This document shows, in pieces, positions 10,701-16,787 of a stretch of 24,000 nt of DNA. Position 1 is the first letter of the stretch. Every line of letters begins with the position of its first letter. The stretch comes from Methanobacteriota archaeon (GTDB lineage: Archaea; Thermoplasmatota; Thermoplasmata; RBG-16-68-12). Below the pieces are notes generated by a model. It was given only the letters and a program-made list of their open reading frames with translations, ran no database searches and was not told the DNA's origin. The DNA lies in contig JAIBJG010000020.1 in the NCBI GenBank assembly GCA_020029475.1, forward strand, positions 18,114-42,113, written 5' to 3'. The position numbers and the translations under genes are program-made.

Positions 10701-11232
10701 CCGGACTGAACTTCGTTCGCGTGAAGTTCCCGTTCGAGTCGAATCGGGGTCCGGCGTCCTCCACCGGGACCTGCGTGCGGGCGAAGGCAACCGTCTCGTT
10801 CGGGTGAAGGAGGTTCGCGTCGTCGACGACAAGCACCTGGAGGCTCGCATCGCGATCGGGCATCTTCGTGAGGCACACGTTCACCGCCGGGAGGTCCCGG
10901 CTGCCGTCGAACCGGAACGCGCCGATCTCCCTCGAATAGTATCCGTCACGGGTGAATCGAAGGAGGAACGTACCGGGCGAGGGCGAGAACTCGTAGTAGC
11001 CGTCGCCGAGGGTCGTCTGCCCCTCCGGCCCGCGGATGCCCTGTGCGTCGACGAGGCTGACCGCGACGGTGGCCAGGAACTTCGGCGGGTTCGCGCCGCA
11101 CTCCTGGACGAACCCGAAGACGATGTGGTCCTGGGCCGCGGCGGTCCAAGAGGGCAGCGCGGCGAGCCCCCCGACGAGGACCGTGAGCATCGCCAGAATC
11201 GCGCCTATTCTCGTGTACAGAGCCTTGTTCAT
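7741..11232 (-). CDS. Large secreted, C-terminally membrane-anchored surface (S-layer-like) glycoprotein candidate
   Basis: ORF 7741..11298. The likely start is ATG 11232 (MNKALYTRIGAILAMLTVLVGGLAALPSWTAAAQD, a signal-peptide-like sequence). By my manual count it has roughly 40 N-x-S/T sequons. It contains carboxypeptidase-regulatory-like beta-sandwich segments (VSLVDAQG...GYYEFSPSPGTFLLRFTRDGYY) and PKD-like segments (NFTWHFTNNT, LSYTWHFPGP). There is a C-terminal TM helix (WVIPLAIILFIALVIGVAFAA) followed by a Lys/Glu tail. Confidence 0.85.
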   Translation of the reverse strand: MNKALYTRIGAILAMLTVLVGGLAALPSWTAAAQDHIVFGFVQECGANPPKFLATVAVSLVDAQGIRGPEGQTTLGDGYYEFSPSPGTFLLRFTRDGYYSREIGAFRFDGSRDLPAVNVCLTKMPDRDASLQVLVVDDANLLHPNETVAFARTQVPVEDAGPRFDSNGNFTRTKFSPVWTTDYEVRYRGTFLNPSVDYTWSNFFDGTLQILNPTVAASLASTHQFLNVTYWYASTTSRLSSYPVIPGSAIVFKDGVLWGVSGQNWTLDESTGGVRILNDFLFGTNTLTVTYRSAGALADATVNLLDQGQNQVVSTSATNGTGFATFPIWRGVLEVQVSKDEYHPVTLLVDTATTNFTRVVLTRGIIIVGHAFRSDNFRRIDQGVVGFLYNVDRTWPAFRKVIEAQVVASLYTFYAEPGQTYRMVVDANGYKAATRTITTPLNPPYAGNPVDSFLAVSEKEVYRSTVSYAETNWSRMAVSRNLTLRSDSTLPALKLAEIRSLDLQIDYHFGLPNGTANGVRDAGENASFVAWLGTRSPYYVTTNDFLTTNGAIHNWSVPPPTWSVNYFAEGGRAIWINRSASYRLRATTPLANSAPTYFVNVTTPNDVNESVYQDQVIVVDFPRGYEMTDKKVTGTITTSLWTVVTLDPGLSASGATSEIEMTVRKSINGTARAAVAGPIGKFHVLSDTDKNYTAIVAEDTNITFSAEQSIDPVGNIRDANFTWHFTNNTNRARIGYNITSTFNYTAAILAAEGHEFTVNLTVVEAGGNRTYRDIKIFVDDTPPVARLRTNRTVGDWTGKNLQVDEDSPIKFYGDSSSDVAWSTAPPWLNNHTASIPSYQTKPTPNFVILDPSRDWIVTTSLVEGKNYSFNASSSSDNYDSNRNLSYTWHFPGPVNCTPACDSKGNISSQKGYNAITSTWGWNVTVWWREFNVSYNVTVNVTDTGFLGRPPNYANLTSGIAVAVDLAKHPDLKYIAASLKIEPGQPEEGQLINVSFMIENGANRANATDVHVVLEAKDPNGVNVLNNTSPQWLDVNWNPITDRRVNTGARVRLIFLISFPAQGNKSLEIKVYDGKEPYTWVDSQNRITGSVFVKLAGWVIPLAIILFIALVIGVAFAARTYSRYRSGELVFRRKEKKEKKEKKKLEDKDEAAEPEEDNKGKKRL
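7805..7837 (-). repeat. Short in-frame 9-bp tandem repeat (TTCTCTTTC x about 3 on the plus strand) encoding KEKKEKKEKK in the surface-protein tail
   Basis: Read directly from the sequence. It is coding low-complexity sequence. Confidence 0.6.
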
Positions 11233-11309
11233 GGTCCCACGTCTCGCAGGGAGTTCTGCCGTCCACCTCCCGGCGCACCGCCGGAAGCATCGCGCCAAAA
11301 GGATGTGGG

Positions 11310-11317
11310 TATTTAAG
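11310..11317. promoter_or_regulatory. Near-palindromic TATA element TATTTAAG / CTTAAATA in the divergent intergenic region (surface protein on minus, permease on plus)
   Basis: It is the only AT-rich element in 11233-11384. It overlaps the upstream alternative start of the permease ORF (11319) and lies downstream of the surface-protein alternative start (11298), which argues against both. Confidence 0.4.
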
Positions 11318-11384
11318 GATGCGTCCGGAGAACGTCCTAAGGACGGGGCTCGAACTCCGCGATGATTCCCGCGCCGAAAGTTCC

Positions 11385-12677
11385 ATGGAGGGAACGCGGT
11401 GTCCGGGCCCCGTGGAGTACGCCTTCGTCGCGGGCGCCGCGGTGTTCGTCCTCACATATGTGCTGATCTCCGCCCGGAAGGTCGGCGTCCTCAAGATCGA
11501 GCGCCCTGCCGCGGCGATGCTCGGGGCCGCGCTGATGATCGTCCTCGGCGTCGTCGGCCCGCTCGAGGCAATCCAGGCGATCAACCTCGACGTGATCGTC
11601 CTCCTCCTCGGGATGATGCTCCTCGTGGCGGGGCTGGACGCGTGCGGGTTCTTCGTCACCGTCTCCGAGTTCATCGCGCGCCGGGCCCGGACCCAGGTCG
11701 AGCTCCTCGCGGCCCTCATGGTCGCGGCGGCGGTCCTCAGCGCCCTCGTCCTGAACGACACGATCGCCCTCCTGATGACCCCAATCGTCGTGCGGGCGTG
11801 CCAGGCGATGAGGCTCGACCCCGTCCCGTTCCTCGTCGGGGAGGGGATCGCCGTGAACGTCGGGAGCGTCGCGACGGAGATCGGGAACCCGCAGAACGCG
11901 TACATCGGGATCCGTAGCGGCATCCCGTTCGTCGAGTACGCCGCCGTGATGACTCCGATTACCGCCGCGTGCCTCGCAATCGCGATCGTGGGCGTGACCC
12001 TGGCGTTCCGAGGGCGTCTCGGGAAACCGATCCCCGCCCGCCCTCCCCAGGCGGACGTGGCGAAGCTCCACCGCCCCGGGCTCGCGTTCACCCTCGCGGT
12101 CCTCCTCGGGTCCGTCGTCGCGTTCTTCCTCAGCGCTCCGACGTGGCTCCCCGCGATCGCCCTCGCGGGCGGGAGCTTCGTCCTGTTCGGCCTCCCCATC
12201 GTGAACCGGAACGCCTCCGGCCGCGCCCTTATCGGGTCCGTGGACTGGTCCATCCTCCTGTTCTTTGTCGGCCTCTTCGTCGTGATCGCGGGGGTCGAGC
12301 GGTCCGGGGTGCGGGCGTCGATCCAGGACACGTTCACGTTCGTCAGCGGGGGGAGCACCGGCGGCGTGTGGTGGCTCTCCGGCCTCTCCGCGGTCCTCTC
12401 GAACCTCGTGTCGAACGTCCCCGCGGTCCTCCTCCTGGAGCCCGTCGTGCGCGGAGCCCCGCTAGCGCAGCAGCGAACCCTGTGGCTCGCCCTCGCCGCG
12501 AGCTCGACCCTGGCGGGGAACGCAACGATCCTCGGGGCGGCGGCGAATGTGATCGTCGTCCAGGCCGCCGCCCGCCGGGGGGTGGAGGTCACGTTCCGGG
12601 ACTGGGTCCGCGCCGGGCTCCCAGTGACGATCGCGACCCTCGTCCTCGCGACTGCGGTCCTCGCGGCCCTCCCGTGA
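11385..12677 (+). CDS. ArsB/NhaD-superfamily (citrate-transporter-like) anion permease
   Basis: ORF 11319..12677. It is polytopic and hydrophobic throughout, with family-typical segments (LDVIVLLLGMMLLVAGLD, LNDTIALLMTPIV, GNPQNAYI, SNVPAVLLL, GNATILGAAANVIV). ATG 11385 is preferred because of the TATA box at 11310. Confidence 0.85.
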   Translation: MEGTRCPGPVEYAFVAGAAVFVLTYVLISARKVGVLKIERPAAAMLGAALMIVLGVVGPLEAIQAINLDVIVLLLGMMLLVAGLDACGFFVTVSEFIARRARTQVELLAALMVAAAVLSALVLNDTIALLMTPIVVRACQAMRLDPVPFLVGEGIAVNVGSVATEIGNPQNAYIGIRSGIPFVEYAAVMTPITAACLAIAIVGVTLAFRGRLGKPIPARPPQADVAKLHRPGLAFTLAVLLGSVVAFFLSAPTWLPAIALAGGSFVLFGLPIVNRNASGRALIGSVDWSILLFFVGLFVVIAGVERSGVRASIQDTFTFVSGGSTGGVWWLSGLSAVLSNLVSNVPAVLLLEPVVRGAPLAQQRTLWLALAASSTLAGNATILGAAANVIVVQAAARRGVEVTFRDWVRAGLPVTIATLVLATAVLAALP

Positions 12678-12690
12678 CGAGCGTTCAAGT

Positions 12691-13371
12691 ATGCGCGGGG
12701 CCGTGCCATCCCCGATGGGTGCGGATTTCGAGAAGGAACGTCACAGGCTGGTCAAGAGGCTGGAGGAATGGGGATACGTGAAATCTCCTTCCGTGCGGGC
12801 GGCGTTCCTGAACGTCCCTCGGGAGCGGTTCGTCCCGGACGACCTGCGGGCGTCCGCGTACGACGACGCGCCCCTCCCGATAGGCCACGGCCAGACGATC
12901 TCCGCCCCGTCGATGATCGCAATCATGCTCGAGGAGGCGGACCTAGGGCCGGGGGAAAACGTCCTCGAGATCGGGACGGGCTGCGGGTACCACGCGGCCC
13001 TCCTCGCGGAGATCGTGGGCCCGGACCGCGTCGTCTCCGTGGAGCGGATCCCCGCCCTCGCGGACCTCGCCCGCGCGAACCTCGCGGCGTGCGGGTACCG
13101 GGTGGAGGTCGTCGTCGGGGACGGGACGTTGGGGTACCCGCCCCGCGCACCCTACGACTGCGTGATCGCGACCGCGGGCGCCCCGCGAATCCCGAACGCC
13201 TGGAAGGAACAGACCCGGGTCGGGGGGCGGATCGTCGCGCCCGTGGGGAAGTCCCGGATGAACCAGGTCCTCGTCACCGCGCGCCGGGTGTCCGAATCGA
13301 AGTGGGAGGTCCGCGAGGGGACGGCGTGCGCATTCGTCCCGATGATCGGTGCGGAGGGCTGGAAGGCCTAG
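12691..13371 (+). CDS. pcm: Protein-L-isoaspartate O-methyltransferase
   Basis: 226 aa with VPRERFVP, GHGQTISAPSMIAIMLE, and the SAM motif VLEIGTGCGYHAALLAE. The alternative start at ATG 12715 is not excluded. Confidence 0.9.
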   Translation: MRGAVPSPMGADFEKERHRLVKRLEEWGYVKSPSVRAAFLNVPRERFVPDDLRASAYDDAPLPIGHGQTISAPSMIAIMLEEADLGPGENVLEIGTGCGYHAALLAEIVGPDRVVSVERIPALADLARANLAACGYRVEVVVGDGTLGYPPRAPYDCVIATAGAPRIPNAWKEQTRVGGRIVAPVGKSRMNQVLVTARRVSESKWEVREGTACAFVPMIGAEGWKA

Positions 13372-13374
13372 GTC

Positions 13375-13758
13375 TCAGGGGGCCGGCGGGGAGTGGCTCC
13401 ATGCTTCCTCGGGGAGCTCCCGGTACACGGGTTCATCCCGGTCCGTCTCCGCCTCCCCCTCGCCGACGATCCGGTCGATGTCCCCCTCGTTCAACTCCCA
13501 GTAGAAGATCCTCCAGTTCCTCCCGCTCAGCAGGAGGACGGTCTCCCACGAGGATCGGAGAATCCCCGCGTCGTGGAGCGCGTAGAACAGCTTGCGGTCC
13601 TCCGGGAGGATCGCGTTGTCGATGATGAAGTTCTCGAACCCGAAGTAATCCATCACGCGGGCGGCCATCGCGTACGCCTCGTCGTGGGGCAGCCCCAGCC
13701 GCTTCTCGATCGCCTTCGCCAGCTTCTCCACCGTGACCGCCATCGGTTGGTCCCGCAC
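13375..13758 (-). CDS. Conserved-looking hypothetical protein (about 122-127 aa)
   Basis: ORF with strong G/C third-position bias and non-repetitive sequence (VEKLAKAIEKRLGLPHDEAYAMAARVMDYFGFENFIIDNAILPEDRKLFYALHDAGILRS). The start is either GTG 13758 or ATG 13743. No family recognised. Confidence 0.7.
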   Translation of the reverse strand: MRDQPMAVTVEKLAKAIEKRLGLPHDEAYAMAARVMDYFGFENFIIDNAILPEDRKLFYALHDAGILRSSWETVLLLSGRNWRIFYWELNEGDIDRIVGEGEAETDRDEPVYRELPEEAWSHSPPAP

Positions 13759-13900
13759 TCCTGAGGTAGATTCCCCGCTCGGACGTATTAAGATTTCACC
13801 ATAATTAGCAATTCAACTGGGGGCGGGAACCGGCTGCCCTCTCCGTCCCGCAACCCTCGAGAACATCCCCGCTTATCACCCGTGACTCTGGCGGGCGACC

Positions 13901-13909
13901 CTTTAAGTA
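13901..13909 (+). promoter_or_regulatory. TATA-like box CTTTAAGTA upstream of the 57-codon ORF
   Basis: AT-rich nonamer about 36 nt upstream of GTG 13941. Confidence 0.4.
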
Positions 13910-13940
13910 TCGTCCCCGGCGATTCAATCGCGGGAGCCTC

Positions 13941-14114
13941 GTGAAGCGGAAGAGCGGGAAGGCGATGCTCGACATCGACGAGAAGGTGAAGGTCGTCCAC
14001 TTCAACGTGGGCTCCGGGTACGTCTCGTACCTCGAGGAGGACGAGCGCGGCGGGAAGCCCCGGGTCCACGGGATCCTCCTGGACAAGGGGAAGGACTCGA
14101 AGAAGAGGGTGTAG
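13941..14114 (+). CDS. Small ORF not in the supplied track (57 aa): VKRKSGKAMLDIDEKVKVVHFNVGSGYVSYLEEDERGGKPRVHGILLDKGKDSKKRV
   Basis: My own translation. All 57 sense codons end in G or C, matching the coding bias of neighbouring genes. An upstream TATA-like box is present and the ORF ends in TAG at 14112-14114. ATG 13965 is an alternative start. Confidence 0.5.
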   Translation: MKRKSGKAMLDIDEKVKVVHFNVGSGYVSYLEEDERGGKPRVHGILLDKGKDSKKRV

Positions 14115-14122
14115 GGCCAGCC

Positions 14123-14130
14123 CTTATTAG
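14123..14130 (+). promoter_or_regulatory. TATA-like box CTTATTAG 26 nt upstream of ATG 14153
   Basis: The spacing is consistent with a leaderless transcript starting at MEPDEDG. Confidence 0.4.
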
Positions 14131-14152
14131 CAGGGCGGGACTCGTGTTCTCC

Positions 14153-14554
14153 ATGGAGCCGGACGAGGACGGAGACGATTTCGAACTCCCGCAGCCGCCG
14201 GCGCCCCCAGGTCCTCCCCCAAAGGCAGAGCTCAAGATCCGGGACGCCTCCGTCCGCCGCCGCGGGAAGGCGTGCGTCGTGTGCGGGCGGGCGAAGCCCG
14301 CGTACATCGAGGTCGAGATCGACGGCGTCGCGGAGTACACGTGCCGGGACTGCTACGAGCTCCAGTCCCAGGGCCTCTCCGGCGAGGTCACCCAGTTCTG
14401 CACGAAGTGCGGCACCGCCCTCCTGAAGGGGGACAACTTCTGCGGCCGCTGCGGCACCCCCGCGTCCCTGCGGTGCCCGAAGTGCGGCGCCCGCCCCGAG
14501 GAGGAGGACGCCTTCTGCGGGAAGTGCGGGGCCGCCCTACGCCCGCCTCCGTAG
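14153..14554 (+). CDS. Multi-zinc-ribbon protein (double-zinc-ribbon-like) with an acidic/Pro-rich N-terminus
   Basis: ORF 14144..14554. Three CxxC...CxxC units are present: CVVCGR...CRDC, CTKCG...CGRCG and CPKCG...CGKCG. Its 3' end overlaps the convergent JAMM gene by 18 nt. Confidence 0.7.
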   Translation: MEPDEDGDDFELPQPPAPPGPPPKAELKIRDASVRRRGKACVVCGRAKPAYIEVEIDGVAEYTCRDCYELQSQGLSGEVTQFCTKCGTALLKGDNFCGRCGTPASLRCPKCGARPEEEDAFCGKCGAALRPPP

Positions 14555-15487
14555 GACCGTCGCCCGCTTCGGGGCCCGGTACACCTTCTTCGGCAGCGGG
14601 GTCGTCTCGTGGACGCTGAGGGACCCGAGGTTCGCTTCGAACCGCTCCACCCCCGCGAGGTCCACGGCGCTCGCGTCGAACCCCCGCCACAGGAGGAAGA
14701 GGACGTCGTCGAGGATCTCGTTCCGGGTCGCGAGGAGCACCTCGTCCTCGTCCGACCCCGCGACGAACACCGTGGGATCGAGGCGTAGGGAGAGCTCGAC
14801 CCGGTGGGCGTCGTCGTCCCTTTGGATCACCAGACGGTTCCGGATCGCACCCGCCCCGAGGCCGTCGAGCTCCACGGTCCCCCGCCCCACGCTCGCGGAC
14901 CGGACCGCGCGATCGAGGTCCGCGGACACCTTCTTCTCCAGGGCCGCGACGACCCCGGCGGCGTTCGCCTCCGAGACCTTCAGGGAGAACGACGGCGCCA
15001 CGGAGGTCGTGTACCGCTTCAAATGGCCAGCCATGGAGAGGGTCTCCACGATTGCGGGCGTCACGGGGGCGGGGAACCCGTCACGCAGCACGAAGCATTC
15101 CGCGGAACGGCCGTCGGTAACGACGGAGACGAAGTTCTCCCGCCGTGACGCGCGGCTCGTCAGGGTCGCGTCGTCCGTCGCGCTGTGGAAGATCGCGTGG
15201 CGGGTGTCGTCCTTGAACGGGTGGGAGTGGTACAGCCCGACGATCCCGACGTTCCTCGGGTACCGCATCACGATCTCCGCCTCCTCCATGGGGTCCGCGA
15301 TCGCCCCGTACCGGCTCTGGTGCTTGTACCGGGTGGCGGGATGGGCGTCGAGGACGTACGGCTCGCCCCCGACGTAGAATCCGAGGAGCCAGCCGATCGC
15401 CTCCCGGCCCGAGCTCCGGGCGACGTTCCCTGCATGTTGGAGTAACGCCCGCCACGCGGTCCGCAGGATGTGGGCCGGGCCGTTCAT
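14537..15487 (-). CDS. JAMM/MPN+ metallopeptidase with an about 190-aa uncharacterised C-terminal domain
   Basis: ORF 14537..15514. The JAMM signature is complete: Glu in GREAIGWLLG, then GLYHSHPF...FHSATD (HxH...SxxD). ATG 15487 (MNGPAHIL) overlaps the E1 stop as ATGA. The C-terminal half (KRYTTSVAPSFSLKV...RFEANLGSLSVHE) matches nothing I recognise. Confidence 0.85.
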   Translation of the reverse strand: MNGPAHILRTAWRALLQHAGNVARSSGREAIGWLLGFYVGGEPYVLDAHPATRYKHQSRYGAIADPMEEAEIVMRYPRNVGIVGLYHSHPFKDDTRHAIFHSATDDATLTSRASRRENFVSVVTDGRSAECFVLRDGFPAPVTPAIVETLSMAGHLKRYTTSVAPSFSLKVSEANAAGVVAALEKKVSADLDRAVRSASVGRGTVELDGLGAGAIRNRLVIQRDDDAHRVELSLRLDPTVFVAGSDEDEVLLATRNEILDDVLFLLWRGFDASAVDLAGVERFEANLGSLSVHETTPLPKKVYRAPKRATVLRRRA

Positions 15488-16245
15488 CGGCCTCTCCGCC
15501 CGCACGTGCCGCATTTCGGGTCACGCTTCCAGTCCACCCGCTCGAGCCGGCCCTCGAGGCCGAAGTACATGAGGTACGGCGCGACGCTCCCGAACCCGAG
15601 GAGCACCTTCAGCGCCTCCTGGCACTGGAGGCTCGAGACGACTGCCATCGTCGTGGGCAGGGAGGTGAAGTGGCACGCCCCGCCGTCCTCCCGCCGGGCG
15701 GGCCGCATCGCGGACCCGTCTTTCAGGGCGGGACGGTTGCACCGGTAGCACGCGGTCTTCCCGGGGATCACGACGTGGACGCTCCCGTTCACGCCGTCCT
15801 CGGAGGCCCCTCCGTCGATGAACGGGACCCGGGCCGCGACGGACCTCGCGTTCAGGAACAGGCGCACCGCGAAGGAGTCCACGCACCCGAGGAGGAGGTC
15901 GCTCTCCGGGATCTCCTCCCGAAGGGCCTCCAGGCCCTTTCCGTCCGTCACGTCGAACGCGTACGACGTGACCCGGACGTCCGGGTTCGCCGCGCGGAGG
16001 TGGTCCCGGATCGCCTCGACCTTCTTCTCCCCGACCTGGTCCGTCCGGTACACGAGGCGGTTCAGGTTCGCCTCCTCGACCGTGTCGTAGTCGAACAGGG
16101 CGAGCTCCCCGACCCCGAGGCGGGCGAGGATCTCCGCGCTCAGGGCTCCGAGGCCGCCGACCCCGACGATCGCGACCCGCTTCCCCCCGAGCTTCGAGAG
16201 GTCCGCGTGGCCGAACAGTCGGAGGCGGGCGTACCGCCCCGTCAC
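15484..16245 (-). CDS. Uba5-like E1 (ThiF/MoeB-fold ubiquitin-fold-modifier activating enzyme), adenylation domain only
   Basis: C-terminal 253 codons of ORF 15484..16674. The start is GTG 16245, overlapping the E2 stop as GTGA. [43 protein letters not shown] resembles human UBA5 as I recall it ([43 protein letters not shown]). Likewise [37 protein letters not shown] resembles [36 protein letters not shown]. Zn ligands are ACYRC and CGTC. Confidence 0.85.
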   Translation of the reverse strand: [253 protein letters not shown]

Positions 16246-16745
16246 ATCCAGCCCTTTCCCTTCATGTCCGCGACGACGCTCTGGAGCCAGTAGCTCACCT
16301 CCCGCTTCAGGTACAGGGCGATGGAGGAGTGGTCGTCCCACCAGTAGTTCCTCTCCATGTGCATGTCGCAGATCCGGAGGCCGAGGCTCGGGTCGTCCAC
16401 CTTCCGGTCCGTGTAGTGCATCAGCTCCGGGATCCGGCACGCGGGCGGCACCTGCGGGTACGCGTCCTTCAGGACGAGCTCGATGTCCCACGATCGGCCC
16501 CCGTGGACGACCTTCCCCGTCCATCGGGTCTTCTTCGGGCTCGTCGGGCGGATCGCGAACCACTCGTTCTTCTCGAGGAACCTCAGGTACTCCTCGAACC
16601 GTTCGAGGGCGTACACCTCCTCCGCGGCGCGGTCCTTCCACGCCGGCTCCTTCGGGGACGCGACCGTCGCGCACTGGAGGAAGTAGAAGAGATCGTCGTC
16701 CGTCTTCAGGTGGGCCTCGCCGTAATCCCGGATCCGGAGGGGCAT
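16242..16745 (-). CDS. Ufc1-like E2 (UBC-fold conjugating enzyme candidate)
   Basis: 167 aa. NEWFAIRPTSPKKTRWTGK resembles human UFC1 NDWFRLESNKEGTRWFGK. YPQVPPACRIPEL resembles YPTTAPEIAVPEL. The candidate catalytic Cys in GLRICDMH corresponds to GGKICLTDH. A trailing W and a YWL helix are also present. Confidence 0.75.
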   Translation of the reverse strand: MPLRIRDYGEAHLKTDDDLFYFLQCATVASPKEPAWKDRAAEEVYALERFEEYLRFLEKNEWFAIRPTSPKKTRWTGKVVHGGRSWDIELVLKDAYPQVPPACRIPELMHYTDRKVDDPSLGLRICDMHMERNYWWDDHSSIALYLKREVSYWLQSVVADMKGKGWM

Positions 16746-16787
16746 CCGGGTGCAGCGTAGGCGGGCCGGTGGCTTAAACCGTGAGGC

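Noticed and set aside
8971-12709. ORFs 8971..11316 (+, 781 aa) and 10946..12709 (-, 587 aa)
   Set aside because: They are antisense to the surface glycoprotein and the permease respectively, with the compositional signature of spurious high-GC ORFs.
13759-13940. About 180-bp non-coding gap with AT-rich stretches and short imperfect hairpins (for example CCGGCGATTCAATCGCGGG at 13916-13934), considered as a possible tRNA or small RNA
   Set aside because: I could not find a tRNA cloverleaf, C/D or H/ACA boxes, or convincing extended pairing. It is more simply the divergent promoter region for the flanking genes. A covariance-model scan (Infernal/Rfam) would be needed to exclude a small RNA.
16246-16674. 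N-terminal 143 codons of ORF 15484..16674 as part of the E1
   Set aside because: This stretch is an alternate frame of the well-supported Ufc1-like gene and is R/P/G/E-rich. E1 homology starts right after GTG 16245.
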